In this document: piece by piece, positions 11,932 through 23,757 of the stretch
How positions within the stretch are numbered: position 1 is the first letter of the stretch
Layout of the letters: every line of letters begins with the position of its first letter
Source: Octopus sinensis
Lineage: Eukaryota
Length of the DNA stretch: 64,000 nt
NCBI RefSeq assembly: GCF_006345805.1
Contig: NC_043004.1
Coordinates: 106,702,001-106,766,000 of the forward strand
Reading direction: 5' to 3'
Made by a program: the position numbers and the translations under genes
Notes under the pieces: model-generated
Databases searched by the model: none
What the model was told of the DNA's origin: nothing
What the model saw: only the letters and a program-made list of their open reading frames with translations

Positions 11932-13564
11932 CAGAAACAAAATAAACATGTGACTGTTGACATATAAATCTAATGGTCAGTTTTCAAATTCCAGCAATGA
12001 ATTCCATTCGCTCATTATAAAAGAGGCAGTTATATTCACTCGCAGCATTTCACATCATGAAGATGAAACAGCGACCATAACTTTTCACTTTCCAGTCATT
12101 CGCAACATCTTTCAGAGCTTGTCGCTAATTCCGTTCTTAACCAAATTGAAAACTGTTTATATTTTTAAAGAGGACTGGTCCCTAGCTACATTTTGGCATA
12201 AAAAGATTGAGATTTGTTACAGTAGAAAAAAGTTTACATTCAAATCTGTAGCAACGTTAATAGGAGAATAAGTAGCGCCACCAATCAAATCTAGAGCTAA
12301 ATAACTTTTTCATTTTAAAAACAAGGATAGAAGAAGCCGTAAAGAATTTCATAGTTTTGGTCTCATGCAACAAAAATGTGTATCTAAAAGTTGTGAGGTA
12401 AAATATCATGAAAAAATTATAATGCAAAAATTGAAATCAAGTATAATTAACTTTTTTATTTTAATAACAAACTGTTTTAATTAAGCTTAAAAAATACAGC
12501 TCAATTCGAGGAATTCCGTGGTATCAAACTCATGCAATGAAGTTTTAAAAGCAAAAGTTATGAATGTTTGTTTCCCAAATTTGAGGGTGATAGTATAGTT
12601 CTATACTTTTTTATGAATATAGTTCTATAAGGGACTTTTAATATATGTCACCGACGTCATTGGTGTAAGGAAAAATTATCAAAGACACCGCTAATTAACA
12701 CGTTTGACGCATTATTAATTAGCATAATAATATGGCCTGGAAGAAACATGGATTACATGGAAAATACGAGCAAGAGAAATAATATTCTTAAGATTATAAA
12801 CCTGGAAAATTACAGGACAAGTTATTACACTTGGAAAAGTTGAGGACAACTTATCAGATCTGGTAAAGTGCAGACCAAGAAAAAGTTTTCCTTAAAATAT
12901 TACAGCTAAGGATAAAATGTGAATATTAAAAATTTTATCTTAATTTACAGAGTGACATTATAATTAGAAAGATACCATCATTTTGTTAAAATATTGACAC
13001 ACTAGAATATTTAAAAAATGAGAGCCAGAAATACCAATATAGGTAAAGTTTTATGCAAAGTAGAATAGTATATATGTTAGGCAAATTCATTAATTAAAAA
13101 AATTGGCATTGGGTCAAGACTAAAAATGTGAAGTCTTGGCAATAACTTAGGCAATAACTGGAGCAAATTATACAGTTAATATGTTGTTTTAGGTAGATTT
13201 TACTGTAATATATAACTAATTTTTGTATTATTCTATTTATTGTACTAACTAATTATGTACTACTATTATTTTTTATAACCTATGTTCAAATTTCTAATTA
13301 TTAATTGATAATTAAAAAAGGAATTTTTCTAAAGTGCAAAATGTATTTTTTAATAGAAGTAGCAAGTAATAACAAATAGAAGTAATAACTTGTAATAAAA
13401 TTTTTAGTTTAATAAAAGCTAATATTTTCTAAATCTAAATATTTTATTTGAGATTTTATCCTTAGCTGCAATATTTGAAGTAAAAATTTTCTTGATCTGT
13501 ACTTTACCAGATGGAATAGGATGTCCTAATCTTAAGAATATTATTTCTCTTGCTTGCATTTTTC

Positions 13565-13890
13565 CATGCGTGGCACCTTGGGCAAGTGTCTTCTACTCTA
13601 GCCTCGGGTCGACCAAAGCCTTGTGAGTGTAGACGGAAACTGAAAGAAGTTCGTCGTATATATGTATGTGTGTGTGTGTGTTTGTGTTTCTGTGTTTGTC
13701 CCCCCAACATCGCTTAACAACCGATGCTGGTGTCCCCGTAACTTAGCGGTTCGGCAAAAAGAGACCGATAGAATAAGTACTAGGCATACAAAGAATAAGT
13801 CCTGGGGTCGATTTGCTGAACTAAAGGTGGTGCTCCAGCAGGGCCACAGTCAAATTACTGAAAAATTAAAAGATTAAAAGATTAAAAGAT
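13565..13890 (+). mobile_element. SINE family B (bipartite, internal TA/TG microsatellite, aaaagat tail)
   Basis: gcaccttgggcaagtgtcttctac..ccccgtaacttagcggttcggcaaaa..cctggggtcgatttg; many copies in the window. Confidence 0.9.
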
Positions 13891-14549
13891 ATATATGAAG
13901 TTGGCCAAAAGTCACCTGACAGGGGATCAAATCCATTTAATTCCAAGATTTATTAATGTTTAACAACTGAATGAATTTAATAAAAGCATCAAGATATGGA
14001 ACATCATGAAAATTGTTCAAACTGAAGTCCTTCTTGAGCGACACATTTTTCCATTCGAGTCAATACAGAATTACAGATAGTATTTATGGAATTTTGATTT
14101 ACTTTCGGGTAACTTTTAGCCAAACTTGTAAATATATATATATATATGTGTGTGTGTTCGTGTGTGTGTGTAATATTAGGGAGTATAACTCCAAACTTAC
14201 AGGGAAAAATTGAATTTAGTATTAAATCAAATGTCACAATATAAATATATAAATTAGAAATTAGAAATATAACCACTATTATGCAACTCAAACAGTGATA
14301 GACATAATCCAAAACATAAATAACAAATAGAAACTACGTAGTTTTTTTTACTTATTATATATTGATCATTCATTTTTATACTTTTTGAGATCTAGTTATA
14401 TGTTTTATAAAAATATATATTATTTGTTATTTATGTTTTGGTTTATGTCTATCATTGTTTGAGTTGCATAATAGTGGTTTTATCTCTAATTTATATTTCA
14501 TATATATATATATATACATACATATATATACTCATACATATATACACAT

Positions 14550-14675
14550 GTTCTGAGTTCAAATTCCACCAAGGTCGACTTTGCCTTTCATCCCTTCGAG
14601 ATCGATAAATTAAGTACCAGTTGCGAACTAATCGACTGGCCCCTTCCCCAAAAATTTCGGGCTTTGTGCCTTTGT
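14550..14675 (+). mobile_element. SINE family A, 5'-truncated
   Basis: gttctgagttcaaattcc..gtcgactttgcctttcatccc..gataaattaagtaccag. Confidence 0.85.
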
Positions 14676-15105
14676 GTATATCAGTGTTATATGAGCGTGT
14701 GTATTTTTAGTCTTAACAAAGTCCATATGTACAAAGTCTCTCTCACTCCTACACCTCTTCCGCTCATACACACGCAACTTGCCAATCATCAACATTTCAC
14801 TACGACCGAACTCTACCCGACATTCTCTCAATTAAACTACTTCATTAGCCAATCAACTTTACCTCTCTGTACTTCAGTATATTTCTGAATTATTCTAATG
14901 ACTTTCAGACAAAATGTTATAAAGCCAAAAGTTTGTATTCTACCATAATTTCTCAAAATAGGATGTTCTCACCTGTTCCTATTATATGTCTACTAATAGT
15001 CAAATACCATTCAGAGATACCTGCAAAAAGAAAAGAAATGTCTGAAAAACAGATTCAGGTAGATCAATCTCTCTTTTTAAAGGAAAATAATTCTCTGTCA
15101 TCCAG

Positions 15106-15560
15106 GCATGGCTATGTGGTTAAGAAGCTCGTTTCCGGTTCAATCTCACCTTCAGGCAAATTAGGTGTTTTCTACTATAGCCTTGGGCCGACCAATGCCT
15201 TGCGAGTGAATTTGGTAAACGGAAGCTGTACATACATGTGTGTGTGTGTGTTGTGTGTGTGTGTGTGCGTGTATCCCACTGTGCGACACACTGGACGAGT
15301 GTCTTCCATGATAGCTCCGGGTCAACCGATACCTTTTGAATGAATTTCGTTGACGGAAACCGTATGGAAACCCGTTGTGTGTGTGTGTGTGTGTGTGTAA
15401 GTGTTTTTGTGTTTATGTGCGTCCCCTGCAACCGCTTGACAAACGGTGTTCATTTGTTTAATTTACGTAACCTAGCAGTTCAGCAAAATAGACTGATAGA
15501 TCGAGATCGATTTGATCGACTAAACTTTTCAAAACGGTGCTCCAGTGATTTACACCAGTA
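15106..15560 (+). mobile_element. SINE family B, degenerate
   Basis: A-box-like tggctatgtgg, core ttctactatagccttgggccgacc, 3' part to aaacggtgctccag. Confidence 0.75.
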
Positions 15561-15616
15561 AATAAATAAATAAAATAAAAGATAAAAAATGTCTGTATAT
15601 ATGTATATACATGCAT

Positions 15617-15660
<44 letters not shown>

Positions 15661-15664
<4 letters not shown>

Positions 15665-15927
15665 TCATCATCATCATCATTGTTCGACCGTGGTCGAGAC
15701 AATGGAATTTACCATGCTACGCCAGACTTCACGGTCCATCATGGCATTACGGAGGTCCTGTTGCTGGATACCTGTATCCCTGGAGATTACATCAGGGTAG
15801 GAGAGTATGCGCCCTCTGGTATTGCGAGTAGATGGCTTCCAGAGGAGAAGAGTAGAAATTGCCTCGTTTTCAGCTCTACAACAATGTCCAGCAAACTGGA
15901 CTCTCCTACCTTTCACAAGAGATGACA
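15661..15927 (-). mobile_element. RTE-clade LINE 3' end (ORF C-terminus + (TGA)n tail)
   Basis: SSLVKGRRVQFAGHC..DLRNAMMDREVWRSMV..* then tgatgatga on the minus strand. Confidence 0.9.
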
Positions 15928-16727
15928 AGCGTTCGACTCTGTAGATAGGTACAAGATGTTTGAAATCCTTAAGCTCTATGGGATACCAGACAAAATCATT
16001 TCTGCCATCAAGTTCCTCTACACAGATACATATTCAACCATCTTAACCCCTGACGGAGAAACATCATCTTTCTCAATCAAAGCCGGAATACTGCAGGGAG
16101 ACACACTCACCCCATTTCTTTTCATCATTGCCGTTGACTATGTGCTACGTATGTCAGTTGATACCATCTCTGGCAAGGGCTTTGAAATAAAACTAAGAAG
16201 TTCCAGACACCCAGCTGAATACTTGACAGACACTGACTTTGCTGACGACATCGCTCTTATCAGTGATCCTCTCTCCAATGCCCAGTCTCTTTTACAATCT
16301 CTCGAACAAGCCTCAAATTGTGTAGGTCTTTACCTCAATGAGGCCAAGACTGAATATATAAACAAGTGCCTGTCCAACAGTGATTGCATCCCCTTAAATA
16401 TGGTTTCTGATTACAAATATCTTGGGTCATACATATCATCATCTGGAAAAGATTTTCTAACTAGAAAGGGTATGGCCTGGTCAGCTTGTAATGACATGCA
16501 TAAGATCTGGTCATCAAATCTAAGTAGAGACTTCAAATTTGAAATCTTCAAAGTCTCAGTCGAACCAATTCTACTATATGACTCAGAAACCTGGACGTTA
16601 TCAAAGAAACTTGAGAGGCGGTTGGATGGAACCTACACTCGTCTCCTTATGAGAGCTCAAAATTTCTCGTGGAAGCGTCATCCAACCAAAATGCAAATAT
16701 ATGGGAAACTACCACCTGTGTCATCTC
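15928..16727 (+). mobile_element. RTE-clade LINE reverse transcriptase segment, inverted relative to its 3' end
   Basis: KAFDSVDR, GILQGDTLTPFLF, DFADDIAL, YKYLGS, ILLYDSETW motifs; open for ~265 codons. Confidence 0.93.
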
Positions 16728-16836
16728 ATATATATATATATATATATACATACATGTGTGTATATATATACATATATATATATATGTATTTATGTATATG
16801 TATGTATATATATATGGGTGTGGGTGTGTATGTATT

Positions 16837-16847
<11 letters not shown>

Positions 16848-16912
<65 letters not shown>
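16848..16912. repeat. (GATA)n microsatellite
   Basis: Direct reading. Confidence 0.95.
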
Positions 16913-16914
<2 letters not shown>

Positions 16915-18434
16915 TACTCGTAGTCACACCAGTCGAACAGAATGTTTCACTGAGGAGGTTAAATTACAGTGAAATCTGGGCGCTACTTTCACTACTTAAC
17001 TTTCAAGACCAAATCCACTCCAGCCAGCATTGTCTAGTTAGAGTTATCTACCTTCGTTGGTGTTTTTAGTTTCTGAACTTCCCATTAATATTCTGTAGAA
17101 ATATAATTAATCTTAGTTTATCGAAGTATTCCAACTCGCTCACAATACTGCATATGTTAGACCCAACCATGTTTCTAATTAATAGATTTACAGATATCTT
17201 TACATTTGCGATGAAGGTGTTGGTGATGGTTGAAGTAGAGATGGGGGATCGCAGATACTAGGGTTGTAGATACTGTTGTTGGTATTGGTGTTGTCTTCTC
17301 CCTTGTTTTCTGTTACGATAGTGATATATACACACATCATACATTCATATGTGTGTGTGTGGCATTTCATCACGATGTTGTGGTTAGATCTGTGAAAATA
17401 TTGTTTCTACACTTCGCACGTGTAAAGTACCGGGTGTATAGCGTAGGGTCATCACAGATGATGTGTTTTGGTGAAGGCAGTGGAAGTTTATGGTTAGTGT
17501 GAGGTAATGAGCGATCTATGAATGCTCACCATCTGTTTACATGTCCGGCTTCCTTATCAAGCGACACTTGGAAGGAAGAAAAAATAAACAAATAAAGGAA
17601 TAACAAAAATGAAATTCAGTGAGCTTGGTTTGTTAACGTTTCCTTTCTGTCTTTCATCCATTCTTTATTTTATTCTGTCTTATTTTTCTTGGTTTTGTTG
17701 CTTCCAAAAGATAGCAGTCGAACGTGTTGTCTATTAGGATATCTGGAAAGTTCAATGACAGAGTAAATAAATAAGAGTAGTGGAATGGTGGCCGAAAGAG
17801 ATCTGGAGAAGTGATAAAGTCTTTATATTCTCACGTAACTTCGCCATAAATTGATCTGTCGGAATTTATCTTGTATTCTGATGACCTTTGTCCTTCTACT
17901 TCTTATTTGATTTATTGTTATTGTTGTTGTTGATTGCTGTTCTTAGTGTTTTTTGCTTCGAAACGAGACGAACCCTTCTGTGTTGATTACTAAGCAAAAT
18001 ACTTTCTAATTTCTGCTTCTATAAGTGCAGTATGAATGAATGGTTGAAAAGTTCGCTGAGCAAACACGAGGTCCGGCGTTCGAGCTCACTCCGTGGCATC
18101 TTGGATAAATATATTGGCAATTACCATTTTTTATGGCCTCAGGTCGACCCATACTTCGGATGCAAAACTGAATAGATGTAAGCTGTTTAGAAACCGATCG
18201 AATAAATCTGTCAAACATACAATCGTCACACACATTGTGCCACGATGAGAATTACGCATTAAGCGAACACAGGTCTGTGAAATATTCAGACAGTTACACC
18301 CTAATTCAATTCGCGAGTAATGAAGTTGACCGAATAATTGAGTCTCCGTCGTCGGAACCAACCGAAATCCATTTACATCTACATCGCCATTGTGTGACTG
18401 AAGTGTAACAGTTGTAATGCTGTGCAACCTGACG

Positions 18435-19150
18435 TAGTGTAATTTAGTTTAGAGTAATTTTTGTGAAGTATCATTTTAATGTCATACAGGTATAGTATAG
18501 CATAGAATATTTTAGTGTCGTGTAGTTTGTTTAAACATATATTAAGTCTAGCGTAGTGACGATGTAATATATCTTTAGAACAGTGAAATATAGCTAGTGT
18601 ACCTTTGTATAGTTTAGTGAAGTGTAGTTTGTTTAATATGTATTTAGTCGAGTATAGTTATCATCTAGTAGCTTAGTGTAGCTTAGTGTAACGTAGTCAT
18701 ATAGAATAGTGAAGTGCAGTATAATTTAATCTACATTTAGTTTAGTGTAGTTACAATGTAATATAGTTTAAGTGTATAGTCTAAAATTGTACAGTATAGT
18801 GTCATTTTGTGCAGTGACGACCTATGTTTTGTAACCGAGTAAAGTAGGATAGTGAATATTATTGTACAGAAGTACTGTATTAGAAAAGTATATGGAAGCA
18901 TATAGCAAGGTTATAATGCACTAAAGGGTAGAATGATATAGTGCAGTGTAGCATATTGCCGTGGTACGTAATAGAGTATAGTGTTGTACAATGCAGAATG
19001 CTCTAGTATGATAGTATAACGTACTATAGCGAACGATGGAATGATGCAGCTGTTGTATTGTATAGTGAGTGGTAATGTGATACTGTATATAGTGCGACGT
19101 AGTGTGATATAGATCTGCTGTGTAATGTGGTATAGAAATTTTCAGAAGGG
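18435..19150. repeat. Degenerate pentanucleotide-based (TAGTR-like) cryptic satellite
   Basis: Recurring tagtg/tagta/tagca/tagtt words at ~5-bp spacing over ~700 bp. Confidence 0.65.
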
Positions 19151-19156
19151 TATCTA

Positions 19157-20442
19157 TTGGGTTGGCAACTAAGTTCCCGCCGCTTTTTTAAATTTTGGAA
19201 TTTATTGCGTTTTTAAATTTTGGAATCTATTATTTTTTTTCGGGAATTATATTTTTTAATCATTTTGGAATCTTTTTTTTTCTAGCTAATTTTAGTTAAT
19301 TTTTGTTTATTTTCAGATCATTAAAATCGAAAGTCAAGTTTAGAAAAACGAGCATTTTCGACACCTCCTTATTTTTGCTTTTAATCAAGATTCTAAGGCT
19401 GCAAAAGCTGCTCGCGACATTTGTGCTGTGTATGGAGAGGGTGCCATAGCTGAAAGAACCGCTCGTGATTGGTATGCCAAGTTCAAAAATTGAAATTTTG
19501 ACCTCAAAGACGCACCTCGTTCTGGCCGTCCAGTTGAGTTCGATGAAGAGCGATTAAACCAACTTTTGCACGAAAGTTCTCGTCAAACGACAAGGGAACT
19601 GGCAGAGAAAATGGAATGCTTCCATACTGCTATAGAGAAGCATCTTCACTCGATGGGAAAAAGTTCAGAAGTATGGGGCATGGGTTCCGCATGTTTTAAG
19701 TGACAACAACAAAAATCAACGAACCACAATCTCCACTGGTTTGCTTGCTCGTCACCGCTCAACTCATGGAAACAAGCAACGATTTCTTTACCAAATCGTT
19801 ACTGGCGACGAAAAATGGTGTCTGTACATCAATATGAAGCAGTGTAAGGGATGGCTTAGCCCCGGTAAACAAGCGACAACCGCGCGTGAAACAAGATCTT
19901 CATCCGCGTAAAACGACGTTGTGCGTATGGTGGGACTGGGAGGGGATTATCCAATACGAATTGCTTGAACGGAACAAAACGGTCAACACAGAACTCTATG
20001 TTCAACAGATGGAACAACTCAACACGGCTATTCAAGAGAAAAGATTTAATCGGCAGCATGGAGTTCTACTGCTGCACGACAATGCCCGCCCTCATATCGC
20101 CAATATGACCAAGGAAGCCAGTTAAACGCATGGCTGGGAAGTGCTGCCACAACCGCCGTACTCTGCTGATTTGGCACCAACGGATTTCCACCTCTTTCGA
20201 TCTCTTTCAAATGCTATGCGCGGAGTTTCGTTCAATACTGGTGCAGAATTAAGAGCTTGGTTGGATCAATTTTTTGAGTCGAAATCAGGTGATTTCTACC
20301 AACGTGGTATTGAAAATCTTGTTGAACGTTGGGAAGAAGTTGTAAACAACAAGGGTGAATGCATTATTGATTAATTAGTTGTTATTTTTTATTAAAGCTT
20401 AAATTTTTTTTTTTAACGGCGGGAACTTTGTTGCCAACTTAA
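19157..20442 (+). mobile_element. Full-length mariner (DD34D) element with disrupted transposase
   Basis: TA TSDs; TIRs ttgggttggcaactaagttcccgccg / cggcgggaactttgttgccaacttaa; motifs WVPHVL, IVTGDEKW, LLHDNARPH, PYSADLAPTDFHLF; several stops and frameshifts. Confidence 0.97.
19325..20374 (+). pseudogene. Mariner transposase pseudogene
   Basis: Readable from the N-terminal HTH (EHFRH..FAFNQ..RSGRP) to the C-terminus (LVERWEEVVNNKGECIID*), broken into several frames. Confidence 0.92.
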
Positions 20443-20582
20443 TATTAATTTCTCTTCTCTTTTTTTTACTTATACTTGTTTCAGTCTTTGGAAAGTGGTC
20501 ATGCAGGGGCACTGCTTTGAAAAGTTTTAGTTGAAACAAATCAATCCCACCCCTAAGAATAAGTGGGCGAATTACATGAGAT

Positions 20583-20644
<62 letters not shown>

Positions 20645-21009
20645 TGTGTGTATGTGTGCGTGTGTTTGTGTGTATTATCGTATGATATAGTATATCTTGC
20701 ATATACAAATACATGTACAATTGCTGCTGTTGTGCTTAAAGGTCCACGTAGATTATCACAGTCCAGTCTGCTTCCAGTATTGTGGTTAACCTGGTACTAT
20801 ACTTAGTAATATTACTAGTTACAGCATAGAGAGGCAACTGCAGGAGAAATTACGATAAACACAATTTTATATCATTTGCTCCTACTTAAGTTTCCCTATT
20901 GTGGTTGTTTGGGACTCTGTATTGGAAATGCAGTTTCATGCTTAGCCCCAATGGATCATCAGGGAACACTTTACTGCATTATGTTACAGAGGTCAAATGT
21001 CAAATGTCA

Positions 21010-21300
21010 AATGTCAAACATTGGTTAAGAAACTCGCTTTGCAATCATGTGCGGTTTCGAATTCGGTCTCAGAGCACGGTATCCTAGACAAGCACCTTCT
21101 TTTGTAGCCCTTTGCCGACCACTGCCTTGTAAGTGAATTTGGTAGTCGGAAACAGTGGTAAAGCCCATCATATGTGTATGTGTGTGTGCGCGCCCGTATG
21201 TGTGTGTGTGTGTTTGTGCCTGTGTTGTCCCCCACCATCACCTCCACGTGAACCGATGTTGGTTTGTTTGCGGTTCGGTAAAAATGATCGATATAACAAG
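21010..21300 (+). mobile_element. SINE family B, left part (continues at 21663-21740 after an insertion)
   Basis: Degenerate head and core; ends atataacaag and resumes atagaataagtacc. Confidence 0.75.
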
Positions 21301-21662
21301 CCGTCGTCGTCGCCGTCATGTATCGTACGCTTTTACATCGCATTGTTGACACAACAGCGAAAGTCTTCCCCATCGAGCGCGAGTTCTCACCTCTTGATGG
21401 AGATACTGGTGTGGTTCGCCATTGCCTTCCTCAAATGGATGGCCATTGGCCCACGAGAAGCTCATCCGGCCTTCGACAGTTCTTGTTTTTGGCCCTACTG
21501 ATTCCTACTGTCCAGACACCCTCCTCACAAGAGTACTAAGCTACTCAAGTGGTGGAGCCAGTTTAGTCGCCGACCACTCGACTATGAAACAGGTAGTACT
21601 AGTATACATTGCACCAGTTGCAGCTCTCATCAGCCTGTGATGAGATCCCTGACCTGATTCAC
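21301..21662 (-). mobile_element. RTE-related non-autonomous retroelement with (GAC)n tail, nested in SINE B
   Basis: Minus strand has gaggaaggcaatggcgaaccacaccagtat (BovB/RTE 5'UTR-type motif) and ends gacggcgacgacgacgg; ~10-bp TSD atataacaag / atagaataag. Confidence 0.7.
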
Positions 21663-21834
21663 ATAGAATAAGTACCAAACTTTAAAAATGTAAGCACTGG
21701 GGTCAATTTGTTCGATTAAAACCCTTCATGCTGGGCCACAGATTTTCTGCCTGTGATAAAATATAATTAGCATAATTGATAGTCAAAATAATTAAGGAGT
21801 GGGACAAAATGTCCAGAAATATTTACTTTCAGTT

Positions 21835-21965
21835 TTTCATGTTCAGAGTTTAGATACTGCCGAGTCAGCTTTGGCCTTCATCCTTTCAGGACCGATAAAA
21901 TAAAGAACCAGTAATATAATGGGGTCAATAATCCCCTTTCCCGCAAAAAGCTAACCTTATGCTTG
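21835..21965 (+). mobile_element. SINE family A, degenerate
   Basis: ttggccttcatcctttcaggaccgataaaataaagaaccag. Confidence 0.65.
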
Positions 21966-21971
21966 TATTGG

Positions 21972-22191
21972 TTTTAAATGTTGGCACAAAGCCAGCAATT
22001 TCGCAGATGGGGATAAGTCGATTAAATCGACCCCACCACTCAACTGTTACTTATTTTATCGACCCCGAAAGAATGAAAGGCAAAGTCGACCTCGACGGAG
22101 TTTTAACTCAGAACATACAGAACGTAGAAACGGACTAAATGCCGCTAAGCACTTTTCCCGGCATGCTAACGATCCTCCCGGTTCGCTGCCT
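21972..22191 (-). mobile_element. SINE family A
   Basis: ttatcgaccccgaaagaatgaaaggcaaagtcgacctcg..gccgctaagcacttttcccggcatgctaacg. Confidence 0.88.
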
Positions 22192-22267
22192 TGCCTTTTT
22201 CTTACATTGGAGACAATTGCTTTTGCTGTTTGTTTTCCTCTCAATTTATCTTACTTTTCCATATTAG

Positions 22268-22495
22268 GGCGGCGAGCTGGCAGAATTGTTACCGTATCGG
22301 ACAAAAATGCTTAGCGACATTTCTTCCGGTTTTGTGTTCTAAGTTCAAATTCGGCCGAGGTCAACTTTGCTTTCATCCTTTTGAGGACGATAAAATATGT
22401 AACAATTGAGCACTGGAGTCGATGTAATCGACTAGCCCCTCCCTACAAAATTTCGGGCCTTGTAAAAGGATTTCTCCTTATCTGCCTTCTAATAA
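22268..22495 (+). mobile_element. SINE family A
   Basis: ggcggcgagctggcagaattgtta.. head (A box), gttcaaattc (B box), conserved core. Confidence 0.88.
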
Positions 22496-23206
22496 ATACA
22501 GCCTTGTGTTGGGAGAGTATAGTTATCTCCCTTATATTATCGGCCATATCCAAAGGAGACCAAATGTATTCTTTCCAATTCTTTCTTCGTTAATAAACAG
22601 ACCACAGCCATATGTATCCCTGATATGATATCCTTTGAAGTAGCTGTTGATTGCAATGAGGAAGAAGGCTGCAGTAAATCTTTGCTGTACAAAGTTCGAA
22701 AACGTGATTTTGATCCTAGTTCGCAGATAATGGTTCGCTCGATAACTGAGGCCTGACATCCTTAGGAATGACGCTGAAATTACCAAAAAATTCCTACCTT
22801 CTGATCTACATTGTTTTAGTCTATATCTTGTTTTGTTTTATGACTATCCTCAGAAGGAGCAGCACGAATATTCTGTTATCCATTAAATCTATAAATACTA
22901 GAATATATGAAGACAAACAGCAATTTTATGGCTGCTAGTAAATAGTTGAACACAGAAGCATCATGTCAAACTTTACCGTAATGATAATAAATGCACTCGT
23001 GAATGAAGATGGTCGTGTATCTGTGCATGTCTCCATGTAGATATATAAATGTTTTACGCACACATACATACACACACATATATATAAATACATATATATG
23101 CGTGTGTGTGTGTATGTATTCACATATGTATATATGAATATATATATGTAAGCATATGTAAACGTATGGATGAATATTTCTATGTATATGTGTACGTGTG
23201 TTTGTG

Positions 23207-23239
<33 letters not shown>

Positions 23240-23340
23240 TATATATATTATATACATATTATATATATATATATATATATATTATATAGATATATATACC
23301 AATATATATAGGTTTTACCTCTATATATATATATATATAT

Positions 23341-23757
23341 TTCCTGGCTTTCTCTTCATCCTCACCTTCCCTCCTCTTTCACTTTGTCCCTTTTCTTTTT
23401 TCTCGTCCCACCCTAATTCTTCTATCCCTCTGCCTCTACCTCTCTCCTCTCTCTTCTCTCTCCACGTGACCGGTGTTCGACCAAGCCTGACCTTTCTTTT
23501 TTGGTTCGACTACCATCCGTGCAACATCTACATTGCTCCCTATGCCTGTCATCTACGTCTCTGCCGCAAGGCTTCACTTCTACACACACCAGCTTAATTT
23601 AATTCGTTCTTGGTCGAAAGACACCTGTTGTTAATGTCCTTTATTTGCATTTGTATTTGTGTATCATTTCTCCGTTTTTTTCCGTCCTTGTTTTCGTATA
23701 CATTCGCTGCTTTATTCCAAGGAATCTAGTGCTCTTAGCTTAGTTTTTCTTGGGGGC
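23341..23757 (+). mobile_element. Non-coding repeat, probably a PLE pseudo-LTR fragment, fused to the RT below
   Basis: Pyrimidine-rich non-coding block ending tcttagcttagtttttcttgggggctgg, directly joined to a 5'-truncated RT; family assignment is inference. Confidence 0.4.

Noticed and set aside
12270-12620. AT-rich block resembling DNA-transposon subterminal sequence
   Set aside because: No TIR pair or TSD identifiable.
16915-18430. Possible old Penelope-like relic (minus-strand protein-like pieces) and ctgaggag..gaaat hammerhead-like string at ~16950
   Set aside because: No diagnostic RT or endonuclease motif recoverable; stem II does not pair.
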